Below are positions 55,652-64,000 of a stretch of DNA of 64,000 bases, piece after piece (position 1 is the stretch's first letter; each line of letters starts with the position of its first letter). The notes beneath the pieces are model-generated. The model did no database searches, was not told where the DNA came from, and saw only the letters and a list, made by a program, of their open reading frames with translations. Source of the DNA: Octopus vulgaris (lineage: Eukaryota); the NCBI GenBank assembly GCA_951406725.2, contig OX597815.1, positions 101,866,001 to 101,930,000 on the forward strand, in the 5' to 3' direction. Both the position numbers and the translations under genes were made by a program.

Positions 55652-56932
55652 CGTGCGTACATGTATGTATATATGCACATATATGTGTGTCTGTGTGTGC
55701 GAGTATGTGTAAGTAAAGTGTAAGTAAAGTAGGCTCACGCCAACTTCACTGGACACATCTTAATTCATCTAAACGAAATACTTTACATTGAGCGTGCTTT
55801 ATAACTAATTAAGAATTAGTGAGAGCTCTGGCAAAAATTTTATGTGAAAGAAATAATGCAGAAAAGAAGATTCTAGTTTCTGGTGATACAAAGAAGCTGT
55901 GTATATATTGCCATGCTGCGACATTAACTAATGAGGCTTCTTTTGACTAGTTACACGACCTATATTTTACAGGTGAGATATAATTGTCTCGGTTTATGCT
56001 ATAACAAAATAGGATTCGTCGGACATGTAACAAAAAGTCGATATTTGCAATATTTATTATAAGTAACACGTATGTCGATGAATAAATCTTCTTTAATCCA
56101 ATCTATTATAAAGTTTTTATCATTCGACCATTTCATAATTGTCCTCTCATCTTAGATGTCACGTTTCAATATGGCGGTGACAAACGTTTCTCTACTTGGA
56201 ATCGATGTTAAGTGTTAGTGCGCCATGGACATTTTTACTACGTCGTTAAGGAGACACGCTACATGAGAAAGCCTTTCAGTGGTCACTCGACTACTAGAAA
56301 TATCAACCAAGTCACACCCTGTTGTCTTTATAAAATGATAAGACCATGTAACCTTAGAGATACACTGACAGATTAGTCACGACTAGAAAGTATTTGATCA
56401 TAGATCTCCTGGGACACTACTGACCTAGAGATAAATAACAGCATAAGGCAAATTGGTATCGTACATTCAAAAACAAGCTTTTCTAGGTGATTTTTTTGTT
56501 ATATTTTATTTTTATATTTTCTGGTGAGAGATCTTCTTTTCGTCTTGTCTCTATTGTCAATATTTTTCTTATATTTAATTAATTGTATATCTTACTTTAC
56601 GTATACCATATAATTTATCACACAGGTTGAATTACTCATAGAAAGCGAAAGCACAGGAGTATGCACATAGAAAGCACAGGAGTAAGCACACACTCTCCAA
56701 GTCAACATACCGTTGGTCGAGTCCATAAAAAGTCATTCTGATCTGTTAGAAACTACAGCCAAAACTTCCTCAAATCGTATTCTTTCTTCTTAAAGAAAAA
56801 GAAATGAGAATAACATTTTAGATAACGTCCCTGATATACTGTACCTGAAAACAAAAGTGGGCAGACTAACGTTTGAGCATTTTCATTATAGTTCTGGTCA
56901 ATCAAAAATGCTAAACTGGAATTACATATTTA

Positions 56933-57070
56933 CCGTCAAGCAGTATATTACAGGTTATGGGGTATAACTGGTCACGATGTCAATATTGTCTAGTGGCAAT
57001 GTTCCAAGCGAAACCGATAGTAACATCCGGACCAGTTATAAGCCATAATCTATAATATACTGTATGACGA
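56933..57070. repeat. Imperfect palindrome (arms about 55 bp)
   Basis: CAGTATATTA.AG.TTATGG..TATAACTGGTC..GATGT / ACATC.GGACCAGTTATA..CCATAA.CT.TAATATACTG. Confidence 0.8.
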
Positions 57071-57121
<51 letters not shown>

Positions 57122-57153
57122 GTGTAGTTCTACAAATTATATCTTGCAAAGAG

Positions 57154-57232
57154 GATCACACTGACGATCTACAGACAAGTTGTGTAAGTAAAATTACGTA
57201 ATTTATTGATAGTGAAACAATTGTTTGTGATT
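57154..57232 (+). ncRNA. Candidate minimal type I hammerhead ribozyme
   Basis: ATCACA-CTGACGA-(T)CTA...TAG(T)-GAAAC-AATT-GTT-TGTGAT: intact core and a 6-bp stem I. Confidence 0.65.
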
Positions 57233-57402
57233 AATCTATATTTTTTTGTTACTTTTCATTTGTCTTGCTCGCTTACGTTTCTGGTGGGCTAAATTTTCTG
57301 GAGAACAATTCTTAGTGGTTGAGACCATAGCGGATCTCTTTCTATCGTAAGGGTTCCCACATAGTGGTTACCTCTTATATTTATGTATAAAATACTATTT
57401 AC

Positions 57403-57484
57403 TGAATCTCAGCCTTTTATATGCTTGACCACTGGTGTTTAAATTGTTGTTATAAAATTAATATGCAATTGTTCACCCTCATTT

Positions 57485-57540
<56 letters not shown>

Positions 57541-57631
57541 GTATGTATGTATGTATGTATGTATGAATCTCAGTCTTTTATATGCTTGACCACTGGTGTT
57601 AAAATTAATATGCAATTGTTCACCCCCATTT

Positions 57632-57680
<49 letters not shown>
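57403..57680. repeat. Diverged tandem duplication (160-bp period) between (TA)n/(TATG)n tracts
   Basis: TGAATCTCAG.CTTTTATATGCTTGACCACTGGTGTT...GCAATTGTTCACCC.CATTTTGATA at 57403 and 57563. Confidence 0.85.
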
Positions 57681-57712
<32 letters not shown>

Positions 57713-57786
57713 TGCACCTATGTATGTCTGTGTGCGTGCGTGTGTACGTGCGCGCGCGCGCGTATGTCTGTGTGTGTGTGTTTGTA

Positions 57787-58180
57787 TAGGTGTGGCTGTG
57801 TGGTAGGCGGTTCGCTTCTCAGCCACTTAGTTCCGGGTTCGGTCCCACTGCATGACACCTTGGGTGTCTTTCTCTATAGCCTCGGGCTGAACAAAGCATT
57901 GTAAGTGGATTTGGTAGACGGAAAGAAGCCTATTGTATATATTCGTAAGTAGACAAATGTGAGTGAGCATGTGTTTGTGTCTGTTTGTCCCTCACCACTG
58001 CTTTGACAACCGGTGTTGGTGTATTTACGTCCCTGTTACATAGCTCTTTGGCAAAAGAGACCGATAGGATATGTACCAGGCTTTAAAAATTAAGTACTGT
58101 GGTCGATTCGTTCAACTAAAATTCTTTAAGGCGGTGCCCCAGCATGGTCGCAGTCAAATGATTGAGACATGTAAAAGCTA
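57787..58180 (+). mobile_element. SINE family A, full length
   Basis: GTGGCTGTGTGGTAGG..GTTCCGGGTTCGGTCCC head through GGCGGTGCCCCAGCATGG.CGCAGTCAAATGA. Confidence 0.85.
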
Positions 58181-58193
58181 ACGGAGAGGATTA

Positions 58194-58230
<37 letters not shown>

Positions 58231-58238
58231 CTATCCAC

Positions 58239-58300
<62 letters not shown>

Positions 58301-58589
58301 GTCTATCTGTCTATCTGTCTGTATATATATTCCTTTTTCTTTCCATTTATTCTTTAATTTGTTTCAGTTATGCAGCTTCACTTATGGTGGAGTAGTATTG
58401 TGGAGTTACCCCGTTAAATGGCTGTTTGTTTGCTTCCCTGAGATTGGTCAAACTGATGTGGACACCTGTGATGAGAACCCATTGTAGCTCGAATATTTAT
58501 TGAGACTATTCATAATTTTTTTCTATCTACGGAGAAATTTTAATTTAAATTTATATGCGTACATCTCTCTCTCTATCTCTCTCTCTATC

Positions 58590-58634
<45 letters not shown>

Positions 58635-58637
58635 TTG

Positions 58638-60346
58638 TCGGAAAGACCCAACAAGGGGGACGTTATAGATAATTTCCGGCCCATCACTCTACTTAACGCA
58701 GATCTGATGATTTTGACCAAGGTGCTAGCCGAGAGGTTGGTGCTTGTTATCGAGAAACTGGTCGACAAGGCGCAAACATACACCGTGCCGGACAGGAGTG
58801 CCCATGACAACCTCCATCAGATGCGCTACATCATAGACAGGGTAATTAAGGAACTTGGCATGGGTGAGGCGCTGATCAATTTGGATCACTCGAAAACTTT
58901 CGATAGGGTCGACCATTGTTACTTGGAGGCTTCTTTATACAGCGACATCCTCTCGGTAGTGGATAACGTGTAGAGTGGCCAGTCTCACCCAGCAATGGGC
59001 CGAGAGGAAGCTATCTCTAAAAGGTTTGGCTGAGGTGGAGAATGCGTACATTGCATCCGTCATCTACTAACCTTTTGACTGTTGTGCCTTGTCCCGACCC
59101 TACTATCACAAAACTGGAGCGCATACTCTTCCGCTTTTTGTGGAAGGGAAGCGTTCCGGTGATCAGGCGACCCATTTGTTGCCAACATCCGCTAAACGGA
59201 GGTTTGGGCATGCTGTGGTTAATGATGCGCGGACATTCGCTGAGACTGCGACAGCCCTAGCTTTTCATAGACAACAGTGAACAGGTGAGGTCAACGTTTG
59301 TAAGATGCGCTTTCCTGCAAATCGTCCCTTTGACCGAACTGCAGTCGTGGATAAAGCAGAGACCGAGGCTGGACGAATGGCACCGCGAGTACCCCCTTGT
59401 TCTCGAGCAATTCTGCCGTCTGGGATCAAACTTGTGTGACTTCAATTCCACGAAGGCATTCTATAGAGGATTAGTGAAGGGGAAGTGCGACGACGTACGT
59501 GGGGAGACCCTGGGCGTCGACGAGGAATACCTAGCCCACCTCTTCACGACCACTTTCCAGAGATCCGTGGCCTGGCAGTGCTATCGGGAAACATTACTTG
59601 TTCGAGATAAGCTCTACAGGCAAGGTTCGAGAAACCGGACCGACTTGCTCGAGATACGGTCAGAGCGACGAAATCGTTCTGCACTGACTCGTGCAATGTC
59701 CAAACATTTAAGACCTGTAGGCTTATGTCGAACGGCTGCTCTCGTGCGTGGGACGAATTCGGTTATCAGCTGATTCTATCGTAAATATTGCCCCAACACC
59801 TTCATTTTACCGAGAAGGTAAGGCAGTTTTCATTGCACTGGTGGCTAAGGTGAATGAGTGTGGTTGACTCGTGCGAAAGGTTTAGAGACAAACACTTTCC
59901 TCTTTAGTCAACCGCTCATCACCTTTTTCAAGTACCACTTGAAAAGGAAGGTGACAATAGAGAGGGAAGCTTTGTTTCATGAAGGCTTCAATAAAAGGTT
60001 GGTGAATGTAGCGAAGGTGGTACGCGTGAATGAAGAAACCAATTTGAGCATGATCCTGTAAATCCAAAAGAGACAGAGAGCACTTTGCTCTCAGGTATTC
60101 TTTCCCTGCCTGAGGTTACCGTGGTCTTTTTCGTACGCTTTTCTTTCCACGGATCAACCTAATCTGTATTACATCTTTTACTCCCCCTTTTGGAAAATCT
60201 ATTATAAATGGAACATTGCTATTTCGCTGTTTACACGTCCCAGACGCTCTCGGTCCGTTTTGATCGTATTTTTCTTCCGAAAAGAAAAGTTCTACATTGT
60301 ATTGTCCCCTCTGTATTTGGCCCTGCGTGGCTAATAATGGAAGCTA
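58638..60346 (+). mobile_element. Tx1-clade LINE copy 2, internally deleted and decayed
   Basis: NFRPITLLNADL.IL.KVLAERL, DNLH, LD.SKTFDRVDH. It then jumps at about 58960 to the LSLKG region, so QGCP/YADD is missing. Same 3' UTR as copy 1. Preceded by (TATC)n. Confidence 0.9.
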
Positions 60347-62296
60347 GCTTTCGATAGTGTAGACCACCGATACTTGGAGGCTGTTCTCATAGCGGCTGGT
60401 TTCGATCCCGTCTTCTGCAGCTGGATAGCTACCTTGTACAGAGACATTTGTTCGGTAATCCGCGCGAATGGACATCTATCGAGACCTTTCGTCATTGCAC
60501 GTTCGGTCCGTCAGGGATGCTCCCTCACGTCGCTTCTGTACTTATTGACTCTCGAGTTCCTACTGCGAAAGCTGGCGACGCTGAGGGGCATCCCACGAGA
60601 ATTGGGATGCAAGACGAGCGTGTCCGCCTTCGCGGACGACGTCACCGTCATTGTGTCTAGCCAGGAGGACTTCGAGCTGGTCGGCGAGACACTGAAAGAC
60701 TACGAAGCAGTAACAGGAGCGAAAATCAACCCAGAAAAGTCAGTGGACTTGCGGCTTGGCACCTGGAGAAGTAAGCCCATGCCGTCTAACAGCGCCTCCG
60801 TCGTGGGACGCTGGACCGACGGTCTGGTCGAGATGCTTGGGGTCTGATTTGGTCCGGACCTCCAAATGGAGAAGAACTGGAACGAGATAACGAGTAGGGT
60901 GGTCACTCTCGCCCAGCAATGGGCCGAGAGGAAGCTGTCCCTAAAAGGTCGGGTGGAGGTGGCGAACACGTACATCGCGTTCGTCATCTACTACCGCCTG
61001 ACCGTCGTGCCATGTCCCGACCCTACCATCACCAAACTAGAACTCATTCTCCTCCGCTTCTTGTGGAAAGGATGCATTCCGATGGTCAGGCGATCCGTTT
61101 GCTGCCTACACTCGTTAAAAGGAGGGCTGAGCATGCCGTGGTTGATGATGCGCAAACATGCGCTGAGACTGCGACATCTCTGGCTCTACGTAGACGACGG
61201 TGAACAGATGTGGTCGCCGTTTGTGAGGCACGCTTTCCCACAGCTCGTCTCTTTGACTGAACTGCGGTCGTGGATGAAAAACAGGCCGAGGAAGGGAAAA
61301 TGGCACCGCGAGTGTCGCGTTGCTCTCTATGCCGTCCCGGGTCGAACTTGAGCGACTGCAACACAACCAAAGCATTCTATAGGGGATTAGTGGAGGGGAG
61401 GTACGACGACGACCTCGAGGCGAACCTGGGCATCAACGAGGAATACCTGATCCACCTGTTCAAGACGACTTTCGGGCCGAGACCTATGGACAACTTCCAG
61501 AGATCCTTGGCCTGGCAGTGCTATCGAGAAGCGCTATCCGTTCGGGATAAGCTCTTCAGGCATGGCTCGAGAAACACGGGGCCGACCTGCCCGAGATGCG
61601 GTCAGAGCGACGAAACCGTTCTGCACGCACTCGTACAGTGTCCAACCATTTCCGACCTGTGGACCTATGTCGAACGACTGCTATCGTGTGTGGGACGAGT
61701 CAGTTTATCAGCCGAGTCTATCGTGAATATTGTCGAGTCTCCTTCCTGGAAACGGGAAGGAAGTCCCGTTTTCATTGTACTCGTGGCTATGGTAAAAGAA
61801 TGTGTATGGTGGACGCGTCTGAAAGGTCTAGAGAAAACACTTTCCTATCTGGTGAATTTCTCATCAACTCCTTCAAGTATCACTTGAAGTGGAAGGTGAG
61901 AGTAGAGAAGGAAGTTTTCGTCTAGTAAAAATAGATGGGTGAATGTAGCAAGGATGGCACGTGTGACGGAACTACCTTGAGCATAATCCTATGAACCAGA
62001 AAAACAAAGGAAAAAAAAGAGAGTCACTTACTGTAATGTGTTTTTTGCATGACATTATTGCCTGAGGTTACCGTGGTCTTTTCCGTTGGCTTTTCTTTCC
62101 ACGAATAAACCAAATCTATTTCCCATTTTACACTATGATATTTCTGTTATACACGATCCCTATTGATTGGCTTCCTCCCTTTTTCTCACGATCGAAATGC
62201 TATCCCCAACTTTTTTTTTCTTACTTTCCCCCCAAAAAGCTCTACTTTGTATTTTGTCCCCTTGGTCTTCAGCCCTGTGTGGCCAATAAAGAAACA
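60347..62296 (+). mobile_element. Tx1-clade LINE copy 3, 5'-truncated
   Basis: SVRQGCSL, SAFADDVT, LSLKGRV, CPRC..HALVQC, with a stop at 60845 and frameshifts. The 3' end CAATAAAGAAACA is followed by (TATC)n to 62414. Confidence 0.93.
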
Positions 62297-62313
62297 TATC
62301 TATCCATCTATCC

Positions 62314-62414
<101 letters not shown>

Positions 62415-62641
62415 GAGCAATTGGTGAGGGATTATCAATCCGGGCAAAATACTTCATACTCTGTTGGCATACCCGGCTAACAATATTACTTAGAACTTCA
62501 GGTAATCTTTTGGTAGGGTCCAAGTTTAGGGTTCATCACAATTCTACATTGTAAATCCATGGATGGGATCCAGACAAACTGGTTTTTACACAGAGTAATT
62601 TATAAGAAACAACTTTAAAATTATGTTCATTACATATTATG

Positions 62642-62845
62642 CCTTTATTGGAGCAAATTTGGCTTACAGCTGTTTCCAGTAGTCATTATGGGTGCATTAC
62701 TGATAGGCTTACTCGGTTGGTCTATCGATCAATTGAGGTTGGTCTATCGATAAAATGAACGATAGACCAATTGAGTAAACCTATCAGTAATGTGCATATA
62801 ATGACTACTGGAAACAGCTGTAAGCCATATTTGCTCCAGTAAAGG
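62642..62845. repeat. Inverted repeat (arms about 86 bp)
   Basis: CCTTTA.TGGAGCAAAT.TGGCTTACAGCTGTTTCCAGTAGTCATTAT / ATAATGACTACTGGAAACAGCTGTAAGCCA.ATTTGCTCCA.TAAAGG. Confidence 0.88.
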
Positions 62846-63303
62846 ACCGTTATTTTTAGCATTTATATATATATATGTGTGTGTGTGCGTATGTGTGTAG
62901 TCATACGTACACACATATATGCATATTTGTGTGTGGGTGTGTGTGGTTTCCGTTTATCAAGTTCAATTCACAACGAGGCTAAGTTACATGGAGAATTTCT
63001 TACAGAAGAGAAATATTGACTAGTCTAATGCCTAATACATCGTGGTGTTGACCTCTTTCCCAAAATGACTGGCCTTCAACTGAGAAACACATAGCAGAAA
63101 AATACACCCACATGCCAGCTAATATTTCTCTACTCGCAACTCACTCTCCAAGTGATCGACTATAAGCTAATCCTGAAGCCTCTAGATGACTGAGCGATCT
63201 GATAAAATTAAATTTTAAATCTCCCTTTCACCCTACAGTCTTTAACAACACATTGAGCAATGTAGTCTCAGGTAAATAGTAGGGTGCACTTAAAGGAACT
63301 CAC

Positions 63304-63494
63304 TCTGCCGTTAGCATTTGGTCCGAGTCTCGGATCCCTGGAGCATATTTCCTTCTTTTTTCCGTATCTGTCGTGGCGATCATGCAAAAAGTTGCAGATT
63401 CCGCTTTTTTCTCTTTTAGCTAACCCACTAAAACATTTTTTTTTCAAGAAATAACACAGATGACCACGCTCGAACATCTTTGGTTATCTTTTCG
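63304..63494 (-). other. Candidate host exon (191 nt)
   Basis: Minus strand: CTAAT branch-like motif, CCTTTGTTCAG| acceptor and AGA|GTGAGT donor. Non-repetitive sequence with two open ATG frames. No recognisable homology. Confidence 0.35.
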
Positions 63495-64000
63495 CTGAAC
63501 AAAGGTTAATTAGCGGTTAAACAACAGGAGCAGCAGCTGCGGCAACAGCAGCAGCAGCAGCGGCAACAGCAGCAGCAGTAGCAATAGCAACAAAAATAAC
63601 AAAAGCAACAACCTACTCGGTGACGCTCTTCACCACTTGAATGTATTATTGCCATAACCGAAATTTTTCACGATTTCCAACCCCATAATCTTTTATTAAT
63701 GGATTAATGGAAAAATGTCTATACAAGAATGAGAAAATGTACCTGTTCCTTCTTTGAGTCATCAAATATTTACTTTCAGTTTAAAGCACATGATTTGACT
63801 CGTTTTATTGTTTTTGTTTTTGTTCTTTTCGTAGTTGCTGCTCTTTGTATTCTTATCGTTTGTTGATATTATTCATAAAATAAAATTATATACGACATTC
63901 TACCTGAATAATATATTAGTTTCCTTTGACTTGACACAAAGGTTCTACATATGTCTATTATATAGAATTCTTTACAAACAACCACGAATACTACAACTAC

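Overview
AT-rich eukaryotic DNA with very dense microsatellites. The SINE content resembles octopus/cephalopod genomic DNA, which is an inference from repeat content and was not checked. I found no complete host gene, only one candidate minus-strand exon near 63.3-63.5 kb, so most of the window may be intron or intergenic. Most ORFs in the track are microsatellite artefacts. Recognisable elements: three 5'-truncated Tx1-clade LINEs tied to (TATC)n, a Dong/R4 LINE fragment on (TAA)n, RTE and CR1/L2-like LINE relics, mariner and Merlin (IS1595/ISXO2-like) transposons with MITEs, Helentron-type elements, at least three SINE families and a decayed 18S rRNA fragment. There are also many small elements with minimal hammerhead-ribozyme motifs and Penelope-like inverted or partial-tandem architecture. 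The best leads are: (1) a Dong fragment enclosed by inverted hammerhead repeats and one shared TSD, possibly moved as Penelope cargo; (2) a Tx1 family apparently targeting (GATA/TATC)n; (3) a very young 361-bp non-coding unit with direct plus inverted copies and a G-quadruplex motif. Coordinates were read by eye and boundaries of degenerate repeats are approximate.
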